NCBI RefSeq assembly: GCF_030684315.1
Contig: NC_081355.1
Coordinates: 84,654,924-84,707,203 of the forward strand
Direction: 5' to 3'
DNA length: 52,280 nucleotides
Origin: Stegostoma tigrinum
Taxonomy: Eukaryota
Shown one piece after another: positions 13,101 through 25,100 of the stretch. A model generated the notes under the pieces. That model searched no databases, had not been told where the DNA came from, and saw nothing but the letters and a program-made list of their open reading frames with translations. Numbering within the stretch: position 1 is the stretch's first letter; every line of letters starts with the position of its first letter. The translations under genes were made by a program, and so were the position numbers.

Positions 13101-16100
13101 TATTTTTAATAAAGAGAGGAACTTGTTCTGAGTATGTTAAATGTTTGAGTAGTTATAATATGGACAATAATTTGGACCCTTAAGACTTGAAATTCGTATT
13201 TGTTGCTTTTGACTAAAGTTGATGATATGAGAAATCTTTTAAATCCATCTATTTTGTAACAAGAGCGTATCTTATCAATTTAACACTTAGCAAATGCTGT
13301 TGTATCAACATTTCAAAAACAGATTGCTTTAATGCAGAATTATATTTATTAGTAATGCATGTATTTTATTTGTTGGACACAATACAATATCTTTTGGAAA
13401 CTAAGATTTAGTTCATGGGACGAATGGATAGGTAGAAAATGTCATGGTTGGCTAACTACAAGCTGCAGCTGCTTGTGCTCTGTTCTTTCTCTGAAATTCT
13501 GTGTCATTAACTAGGCCAGCATTTTTAGCCTTTGAACTGAGTAGCTTGCTTGGCCATTTCAGAAGTCAGTTAAGAGTTATCCACATTGCTGAGGCTTGAA
13601 ATCACAAATAGGCCAGGCCTCCTAGGGACAGTAGATTACCTTCTCTGAAAGACATTAGTGAACTATATGGATTTTTACAACATTAGATACTTACATGGTC
13701 ATCATTACTAAGACTATTCAGTTCCAGATTTCCTTCATTAAATTAAAACTCCACCAGTTGGTAATTTGAAACCAAGCCCCCTGAGCATCAGCCAATGTTT
13801 CTGTTTAACTAGTCCAGTGATAAATCCACAATTAGGATTGTTTACATCTATCAGTGATACAATATAGGTAAATCCTAATTCATTGTTTGAAGCTCATTTT
13901 GACACATTTTATTATTCACATTAGTCACATAGTGACTGTAATAAGACTCAGCTGCTCATTTACAATTTGGAAAAGATGTTTAAATACAATTGCTACAGAT
14001 ATTTTGTGCAATCAGTTAGGCACATTTCAATATAAATGTAGGAACATGCATTATTTTAAAAAAAACACATGCATTTTAAATTTAAATCAGAGTACAAATT
14101 GATTGCAACCTACCTGCATTTTACAGTAAAATGTGCAGAATTGTTTACATATTTATATGTCTCATTTTAGTCTGCCATTCCATATGAAGGTATTATAATT
14201 AATTTAGCTAGCCTATTCTGTTGGATCTGGTACCAAAAAAGGATACCCAACTTCAGATACACACCTGGAAACCAACACTGCCAGCGAGACCTGTTTCACC
14301 TCTTGGACCTGTAGGACCCTAAATAATAAGAACACTGAAATGTTTATTTGACCAAATTGCTGTATGATAACTATATCTACTTTTCAACTTTGTGTATATG
14401 GAATATATTAAAATAATTTAGTCAGTTCATTCAGCGTCAATATTTAAAACTTAAATTGCATTAGCCTTTAGCAGTCAAATAAATTTATTATTAGTTTAGC
14501 CACTGTGCAACATCAGGTATACCAATACTTATCAACATTGCATGAATAAAACATTATCACATTTCAAATAACAACCTCTAGAAAAGGTAAGATTTTCCAA
14601 ATTAAACTAAATTAAATTTTAATATAGTATGCTACATCCAATTTCTTTCCGTTATTTTAATCAAGGCGTTAACCCGGGCATTTTAAGCTTGTGAAGAACT
14701 TTGAAAGATATGTAAAGAAAAATGAATTATATAGAAGGTATTAAATTCATCAATCAATATTCATACAACATCATTTTAAGGTCTACTTCTGTATTCAAGA
14801 TCTGTAACATAGTTTTATGTTTGTAATTGTTTACTTACTGCAACACCAGGAGGACCCTGTACTCCAACTTCACCGTCTTTGCCAGGTGCCCCCTGAAAAA
14901 CAAAAGTACTAGAAAATAAATCATCAATGCTATTACTTAGCGAACACCACTTATTGCCATGTGTGTATTCCTCATAATGCATTTAAAATTCACAACAAGT
15001 AGTTTAATTACATTTTGCATCTGTCATTTTGGAGATTCGTGTGATCCTTTATCCTCCAGAGTGCTCTGCTTCCTGGATTAGTGACTTATTGCTACATCCT
15101 TTTTCCTCCAGAAATCAAGGATCATCTATAAATGTATGCATTTTCAATATGTGATAAATGTCTAATTTTGACTTGTGGTTGTTGTGTTATCCCCTAACGA
15201 ACTTTAATTACTTACAGCTGATCAATAGAATATTGATAATAATTGCTTTTTACCCCAAACACCAGTGATGATTTTTAAATGTTCCCTGTTGCCTTTGTCA
15301 GAGAAAGAAGTGTCAAGGAGAAGAAAGCCCGAAAGCCTGTCAGCTGAATTGCCTACTCCTGTTCCGAGCTCTTATGTTTCTTATGAAGGGTATTTTGGAC
15401 TGCAATTTATTCACCTGGTTTAACCTTCAAGCCTGACTCAACATCGCTGAGCAAATTCTCTCATCTGCAGTAAGCTCAAGGTCATTTTAAGTTGTAGTAT
15501 TCTGATTGTAATGCTAATCTAAACACACACAATTCAGAGCTATACCAGATATTAAGGATCTAAATAGAACAGGTATATTTCTATTTGAAAGTTTCATGAG
15601 ATCAGGACGACCACTCTGTGTGGAAGCTGCAGAATTTTCCCCAGGTCTGAAAATGGCAAACTACGTCTATTTTTCTCCTGCAATTTGCTTACAAATTTTA
15701 ACCAGAAAATGAAAATGATTGACGCCTTGTGGCTGTGGCCTTTTGTGGGGTGCTTCGGATTTACTGCAAATTTCGATATTTGTTTCTGATCGGAGTGGAA
15801 AATTGCCTATTTGGTAACACCTTGCTTAATTCACGTTCTATCAAAACTTTTCTTAAGTTTCCATTTCCATTACATGACCATTGTGAAGGAATTGAAGGAG
15901 GACAAACTCCTGAAATGCAAATCAAATTGGCATTTTTCTGCAATAAGTATGTAAATGTCTATTTCAGCTTTTCCTATTTCCTTTAGATATTTTTGAAACT
16001 GTTTTCTTTTGATTGTCTGAGTTGCTAAAGCTCAGGCAGTGTTTACTTTTTAGACAAGTAGCACTACACCTTTGAATCATATACTGAAACAATGCATATG

Positions 16101-19100
16101 AATGCTAACGCAGCTGTCTGAATCTCACCCTTTTGCCATTTTAGTAGAGTCAAGGACCCATTAAATCAATCAGTTGATCCCTCCACTAAAATGGTGATGG
16201 AAAAAAGATATGTTAAAGTTTAAATGCCTGTATTTTAAGGCAGAATTTCAGGTCAATATTTAAAATGCTTGCCATAATGATTCTGCGCTATTTTACCAAA
16301 AAATGAACTCTTGTGGATACGGGAATATTATACAAAAAAAAGTTAAGAGTTTCTCCAGTGCCATCACTCCTGCAGCTCCCACCCTTAAATGGGGTTTTAA
16401 AACTCACTGCCATTTTGAGCAACTAAGTGGGCACATTGTGTTGAATTTTCCAAACCTGGGATGGTGGGGTTGGAGATGGTAGGGTCTGAAAAAATAACAG
16501 GGAGTTGTGTTGGAACGGCCCCAAGTGCATTGGAGCCCGGTATTAAATTTACCAACAATGTCACACTTGACACTGATTATTCAGCACTGTGTGTGACAGA
16601 GACTCCATCCCTTCACATTCCAAGTCGGCAGTTTTATGGAGCTCAATGAAGCTAATGGCCTAACAAGGAGGCCAACAACATGGAAGACTTCACCCGTTGC
16701 CAAATACCTTTGGCAGTGTTTTCACCTATTGACAATAAATAGGCTCAGCCTCTCTAAAATTCTTTCAATTCAACTTTGGTCTTGAAGGAGCTATCCATGG
16801 GGATCACCATCTCCAATATTGCTTGGCAGCACATGTTCAGTTGGCATTATTGGGAGCCACCTACAGTTCTTAGTTGGGTGGTGAACACAAAGCAGGAAAC
16901 TAGGAAGCTAACTCTGGGAAGGCTTTTTCACTGTCCTTTCCCAGCAAACGATGACTCAGGGTCCCACTTGGTCCTGGTGTAGGGGTTCCAAAGACACCAG
17001 GAAAATCCAGCATTATGCATTGACTTATAACAAGTATTAAATAAGCAATATTGCTAAAATGTATACGTACACGTGGACCAGCAGGACCGACACTTCCTCT
17101 TTCACCAGGCTTGCCAGGTAGACCCTTGGAAATGAAGTAGAAATAATAAGTTACAGCCAAATTACAAACATTTTTCTCTCTGAAATTTTGAGAAAACTTA
17201 ATTTAAATTATTTATGTGAAGAATTGTTTATCTAAATTTCATTTTATTTATCAGGGTTAAAAAGGGTTTGTTTCTGAACTAAGGAACAAATACTGGACAA
17301 TATATGGTTACCGGAGAAAAAAAAATACTTTTGCATAATTTGACTTCCTGCATTGAGAATGCAAAAATTGGCATCTCTGCATTAGCATTTATAATGCTAC
17401 GGCTACCAAAAATGTGCCATTTCGCTTTCAGAGGGTTTTCCTAGCTAGCTATAAATATCACTTAGCCATAATCCTAACAGCTGACTCATTCAATGCATGT
17501 GTCACCAAACACATGGTTTGCATCTATTTAAGAGTAGAATTGACCTTAAAATCACTTGTTGTTGATCTGACTGAAGCTGTCTTTTGAACAGCAACATTAA
17601 AATCAGAACACAGCAAAGAATTGGCTGTCATAAAAAGTTATTTTATATGTTTGTGGAACATCAAAAAAATTTTCAGGCAGAAGTTATATCAACATCATTC
17701 AATTAATTTCAGTTTGTTAAAATTATTTTGTAAATCAACGGTAAAGGCTAGTCAGAAAATGTTGTGACAAAATATTTTGCAATGATGAATTTATTTACTA
17801 ATACAAGTGTAATTGTGTACTTACTGCAGCACCCTTTGGACCAGGGAAGCCCATCATACCAGCCTGACCTCTTGGGCCAGCAGAACCAGGGGGACCAGTA
17901 CGACCTTCTTCACCAGCTGCACCCTAAAATATATGATCTCTGACAATGAAACAATTCTCTTCACAAGTTACCATAGGTTATTGTTATATGTAGCAATTAA
18001 TTGTAATGTTGATTTATTATTTTACATCCATGCACGTTATTAATAATTACAAAAACATTTGGGTGAATATTCTGCATTTGTTATTCATTTGTAATTCTAT
18101 AGTAGTTGGTATTATAGCATACGGTACAATGCACAAATCTAACACATTAGTATTCTTTAGTATTATAAGAATTACTTTTTATATTGAAGAAAATTGTGGT
18201 CTGGATGACAGAAGATTCAAATTAATTGTGAATTGCTACTTATCCTATGATATGATATATGATATGTAGCGATATTTAAATCACAGCAACATTTACATCT
18301 TTAATCTGACAGTCTATTTCTTGTGTGAAATGCTGGGATGTAAATAATATTATCATCTGAATAGTTCTCTAATTATGACCAGATGGTAATACTTAAAACT
18401 GCAGCCTCATCAAAGTAAACTGGTATAACTGTATTGAGATGGTTGATATTATTAATCAATGCGACTCAAATTCAGTGTTCAATGTATAATTGGTGTTGTC
18501 ACGTGGATGCTCCTTTCTAATAAGCTGAAGGCCTGAACTTTTAAGTCATGAAATATTGCTTTGGTACATTGACCTGCTGTGTGCTGACAGTCTTAGAGAT
18601 ATTTTCTCCATTTTTTTGTAATTTCAAAGGTAAAGTTGAAAGCACTGTATTTTAAATCCAGAATATTAAGTATATGTATGGTAAGCTTAAACATGTATGT
18701 ATATATCTATATATATAGAGTAAGTATATGTGTTCATTTTAGGTAATCAATAACTAGTGTATTTAACTATATATTTGATTTAATAAAACTAATTGTGATG
18801 TGCATTTTTTGTGCAGGAAATATGTTTCTGTACAAAATTAAAAGAAAATATTATTTCATGTTACTTGTCATAGCTTTTGTTAAATAATAATGAGTATGCA
18901 ATCTTATTGCATCATAAATAAGTATTTGTTAGTATTACTGTATGGTACAGAGTTTGCAGTTTCTGTACCTACATTAATAAACAATTTGAATTGCTTCTTA
19001 ATTAAAAAAATGTTACCTTAGAGGTTAGCAAAACCTAATAATTGAAGCCTTTTCATTTTTAATGTTCTGCAAAAAGATAATGTAATATCCCCATGCATTT

Positions 19101-22100
19101 GCCATGCTTGATTCAAGCCTATTCTTAGATTGAATAAGCTGTCAAGAATGGGGAGCAGAAAACCTCAAAAACAACTTACAGCAGGACCTGATTTGCCTGG
19201 AGCACCTATAATGCCAGTACTACCTACGATACCCTGAAAAATAACACATTATTGTAAGGTGAGAAAACTTACTGGAAGACCTTGATTTCCCGCAACACCA
19301 GTCCTACCAGGTTGTCCGCTATGACCCTATATTTATTGAGGAAAGCAAAATAATTTTAGCTGTCATTCTATCATGCATTGAACTAAGATACTTCCTTTTA
19401 TGCTTATTGTGAAATCTATTCATGTTGTACGGTTATTAAAAAGACATCATGGGTTAATTTTAACCAGGATTAACATCAATCGCATCTGTGGAAATAAAGT
19501 GCATTAAATGTGTTCACAAAATACAAATAAGAAAAACTGTCAAACAGCAACTCCAAACTAAGAGACAAGAAAATGAAAATCAGCAATGCTGCAATCTCTT
19601 GATGACTTCTTTATTAGAAGAAATCAGAACTAAATTAAAACAGCCAAATAACATCATACATTTTAATAAAAATGCCATTTCTGTATTCACAACACAATTT
19701 TGGGACCTCTGCTAAAAGGAAAATTGCAATTAATTAGTATTATAAACTGCAATAGTATATCTGAGTTGACAAGTACAAACATCACATGCATCTGAAATTG
19801 TACAGGCGAATAATTCAAGTCGCTTTCCTACTTAATTCCTTACAATTTGACAAAGCCTACTGCTTTGTGGTTGTTTCAGTTTTACTTACCCGTGCACCAG
19901 GTGAACCGCTTTCACCAGGACGTCCAATATCACCAGGAGACCCTTTGGCACCGGCAGAACCAGTTTCACCACGTGCGCCAGGAAGACCCTAAAAATAAGT
20001 TAAACAATAAGGTAGCATCATTACAGGCATTCCATATGAATATACCATACTTGTCACTTAATGGAAAAAATGTCACCATGCATAAAAGCAAAACACTATT
20101 TTCAAATTATATTTGATACATTAAACCATAGCAAAACAAAGTTTACCAAGCCACCAACTGATCCGTCACGACCTGGGATACCACGGTTACCAGGAGCTCC
20201 CTGCATGGAAAAGTAGAGAAAACATTAAACATCTACTTACGGACTGTGAAAATGTGTTAAATTTGCTGGGGTGTTACTGATAAAGAACTGTAACTCAAAA
20301 TGAATATTTTCTCATTTGTTTAATGCTGTTTACTACACTATTAATTCATATATAATGTTTATAATATATAATCTAATATCATTCTGTAGATATAGGACTA
20401 TCCCACATAAAAAAAACTTATCAGCATATGAATTGTTAAAATGTGCAATTAAATAAACAGCATTAAATTTTTTTTAAAAAGCTGAATAAGCTGCAATGTT
20501 TAATATTATTCAGATTCAAATTTTGTGAATATGTTGAATTTCTTAATACACTAAGATTCATTGAACAAAACCATCATACTAGGATTTTATAATTAGCAAC
20601 AGAAGGTATTAAACATTCCTATTTCATTAAGAATCTGTAAATATTATTTCAAAATCACCATTAGTTATTGTTGTAAAATTGAAGCACCCTCCGTATTATT
20701 CAGTAATATGTTAATATAAATTAAAAATAATTGTACCCTTTCACCAGAAGGTCCAGGAAGTCCCTGAGCGCCAATTTCACCACGAGGGCCTTTCTTGCCT
20801 TCTTCACCAGATGGACCAGAAGCACCTGATGGGCCAGATTCACCCTGATTTCGGAGCAAGAAAGGCACAGACATGAGCAATGGCAATTAAAAACGTGAAA
20901 TAGAGTGCACAATTAACTGTAAAAGGCATGCTAAATACAGAGTACTCACAGGCTCGCCTTTGCCACCAGTCTCGCCCTTGACACCTTGAATACCTGCATC
21001 ACCCTGTTTTGAAAAAGAAAAGGCTTATGAGGATTTTATTCATAACTTCAGTTAAATTCCATTTCTGCAACTCACAGAGGAATTAGTTATAACAATTGCT
21101 TAGTATAGGATTTTATAGTTCACTTACAGGGACTCCCCGTGCACCTGCAGGACCAATTGCTCCAGCTGGACCAGCGAGACCACGTGGACCTGGGAAACCG
21201 GGAGCACCAGCAACACCTGCAGCACCCTACATAAAAAGACACAAAACCAACAATGAATATCTTAAAATATGAGTGGGCCTGTCAATGAGGTAGTTTATGA
21301 AAGCATTAAATAAGTGTGCAGATGTACTTACAATTTCACCCTTTGCTCCAGTTAGACCATTTGCACCTGCATTACCCTGGGATTAGAAAAAAATATCATG
21401 AATACAGTAGATGCAATTTTTCCTGTTATGCAAAATCATATCTTAAAATGTAGAATTGATATTGTCACCACAAGTACTTACGGGAAGACCCATTGGTCCA
21501 ACGGCACCTGCAGCACCAGGCTCACCTCTAACACCTTGAGCACCACTTGGACCACGAGCACCAACGGGTCCAACTTCACCCTATTTTGTACAGAGATAAA
21601 ACAAATTAAAGTTGTGCATTTAACATATGTTATTATCGTGCATAAGTGTACTTAGCAAAATGATAAAATCTCATGGTACTAAAGTAATCTGATACAAGAC
21701 TAACTTTCTTTGTAAACTTCTCTCTCAATGGTATTATTACATGGTAACTGAACATAAAAAAAACTCAGATAATTCATGCTTGCCTAATATAGATTATTTA
21801 AATTCTAATTATTTTTCATTCTGTTGCTTTTCTGGCAAGGTAAAACAAATGAAATCTTAACAGAAGTTGATTCTATCCAAAAAAAACCAAATGCTATTTA
21901 ACAATTTCAATTGAAGACTAATATTTCATTGAATATTTTGATGTTAAAATAAGCAAGTTATAACTTTATTGTTGTTATTTACATTTATTCAAATTGTGCA
22001 GAACCTTTTAAGCTTTTCAATGACCAAAGTGGCATTTTGTATATCTGAATGGTTGTATTTTCAGTCCAGAATCTATCCTATTTATAAAGTAGATGTGCAT

Positions 22101-25100
22101 TTGACTTTATTCTGTGATTTAACTTAAATGATATATAATGATCAAGCCAATCAGAGGAAGCTACCTAATGATATAGCTCAAACTCAATAAACTAATTTGT
22201 TGGAATTTGTTCAAGATTGCTATTTAGAACAGAAATGAAGAGCACAGTACTCTTATCTCTCTTCATTTCCATATGTAATAAAGATTGACATTTCTTTAAA
22301 ATCATATATATGCAACTGTATAAGTTAAAACTGCAGAACTATTTTACTTATTCATATTTTTATATATCATGTACAGTGTATATTATTACAATTAATATGT
22401 AATCTTTATAAATTACTTTAAACATGCTGAATACAATAAAATTGCTATTTCTAGAAGAAAATATAACATATTTGGTCTATGTACAGTTGCATTGAAACTA
22501 CTAAATGATTGTTGCAATGAGTTGTGAAATACCTGAATCACAAATATTTATTACCATAATCATTGTTAGACTATAAGTATATTAAAATTGTATGATAAAT
22601 TCTCACAGAACTGGAAATTTAGATTGTAAATTTTGACATATTATAATGAACTGTGGAAGAGTTTCTTTGAAGCATTCTCATAATTCCTAATGGTTTACCA
22701 CAAAGGGTATTAAAATAGAAGATTATCCCAACCTACAAATAATATTTTGATGTTATTACATGCTCACTTTTAAATAAAATTATGCTGCATTCATTTATTG
22801 TAATATTCACAACCATTACCTTGAGACCAGGGCTGCCTGGGAAGCCTGGGGGACCACCACCACCTATGGATCCCTAGAAAAGAGAAAAAAGCCAATATTA
22901 AAAGTCAGTTTTGTGTGTTCTTTTTACGTAGAATATATTATCTGTTTCCATGCTATATCAAATGTCTGTAGGGATAATCCTTATACGATACTGATGAAAA
23001 CTACATTAATTGGTTGAAAGGTCCACCAAAATAATTCAATGTTAGCAGAATGAACCTGTTTTTCTGACTATTACAAATTAGGCATCAATACCTGGCGAGA
23101 TATTGTTCCAATATTAGAGCTAACTAACCACAGTATATTATGCAATCTTTACAGAACTGCTACCATGGACAGTAACTTCTATAGAAGTCATATAACATAA
23201 ACTGGTATATTTATATCAAAAACAGAAGTTGTTGGAGAAGGTCAGCAGGTCTGGTGACATCTGTTAAGAAAAATCAAAGTCAACTTTTTGGGTCCAGTGA
23301 CCCTTCCTCAGAACTTCTGAAGAAAGGTCACAGGACCTGGAACATTAACTCTGAATTTTCTTCACAGATGCTGCCAGACCTGCTGACCTTTTCCAGCAAC
23401 TTCTGTTTTTGTTCCTGATTCACAGCATCTGCAGTTCTCTTGAGTGTACTCTTCTTGGTGTTCCTCTTAAGCCTGACCCTTTAGGGAAGGAAAGCTGTTG
23501 TCGTTATCTGGTTTTTGTTTAGTATATTTATGTCTGTTTTTCATATTATTAATGCATCGTGTCAGACTGATAGTAACATGCAAACAGATGTGGTGATGAT
23601 AATTGAGTGTAATTTGATACTATCCAACAACAGACACCCTGATTGTGATGGGTGATTAACACATGCCCATTAAATGCAATCCAAGCAACATGCTAGCTTT
23701 GTACTGCCTGCTCATTTCAAGTCATTCAGAATCCAGTCAATGCAAGCAATGCTGCTGGTTGCCTGGATATATTCTGTTAATATCATGAGTGGTTAGCTTC
23801 ATTCTAAGTTGGCCTGCAGTGCTTAAATCTTGGTCAGGTCTCTGAAAGTGGATCTGCCTTATAGTTGGTCCAGTTGCTTACAGCCATGCAGACACTAACT
23901 GTGATTAGGGAAAGATGGAAGTAAACAATTTTCAAGATTTTCCAAGGCTGCACTGCGTGTTTTTGTCAAGGAGGTACAGAGGAAAATAGGTATCATTTAG
24001 TTGCAAGGGAACTAGGATATCATTCCAACCAACTCTCCAAAGTCTGTGGGAGCTGATAGTGATGGAAGTCAGTGTCAAGAATCAATCCCTGAGGATCCAA
24101 ATATAATGTCACGAGAAGTTTAATGACCGCTCATGAATGATCAAGACAAGTGAATTCATCTCCAAACGTTATGTTCCATTAACTGCACTACTAGTCTCAC
24201 ACTGATTTATTTATTGACTTCACTTTATCTTCATCTACCAACAATTTCAATAAGGACTCAGAGTCAACATTCCTGCAGGCTATTACACCTTCATATTCTT
24301 AACACAGTAGTAAGCTTTATAACCAGATCTCACAACTTTCACACATTGGTAAGCATATAACTTTGGTCACAGCATCATCTCAACAGATTATACTCCTGTT
24401 CTATTACAAGACAAGCTGATGGATAATTGAAGACAGCAGGAGCTAAGTAGACAGGGGCAGGCCTTTCCATATCTCCTAATCCCCATGGAGGAGATGATGC
24501 CAGGTCTTGTGGGAGTGGTGACTATAAAGGTTGAAGCCAGTGGTAGGGATGTTTGTTTCATTCTTTAATGGAATGTGGGTGTAACTGATTAGGACAGCAT
24601 TTACTGCTCATCCCCAATTGTCATTGAACTGACAGCAATTAAGAGTGATCCACATTGCTGTTGGCCTACAGTCACACAGAGGCAAGACCAGATAACGACA
24701 ACAGCTTTTCTTCCCTAAAGGGTCAGGCTTAAGAGGAACACCAAGAAGAGTACACTCAAGATATGAGATCTACGTGTGACACCACACATGAGTGATCAGC
24801 TAACGGCAGGGAACAAGGAGAAGCGGGTACCAGCTTATCAAAGGTCGACATGCAGACAGGTCCTTCTGCCGAACTCAGGTGAGTATTTGAATGATTTGTC
24901 TTAAGGTGCATTCTGAATGGGTAATGCCTGATGCATTGTGAGCCTAATACAAAGTCTGTGGCCAATGTCAAGGGTATGGAGGAGTCTGGCACGATTTGGC
25001 ACAGGGCTGAGCACATATCTTGAAGCCCATTGTTTCCAACATGGAAGTGTTGTCAACATTAGGAAGACATCTTTGATGTCTTCAATGGTTTGTGTTATAC

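Noticed and set aside
16957-17008. Collagen-like string [16 protein letters not shown] on the minus strand just downstream of exon 26, a possible second duplicated exon
   Set aside because: Gly periodicity is broken, there is no AG acceptor or GT donor at the expected ends, and it coincides with the end of a probable MITE
19234-19272. Reading exons 24a + spacer + 24b as one 147-nt exon (39 is divisible by 3)
   Set aside because: The spacer translates VSFLTLQ* with an in-frame stop and no Gly-X-Y
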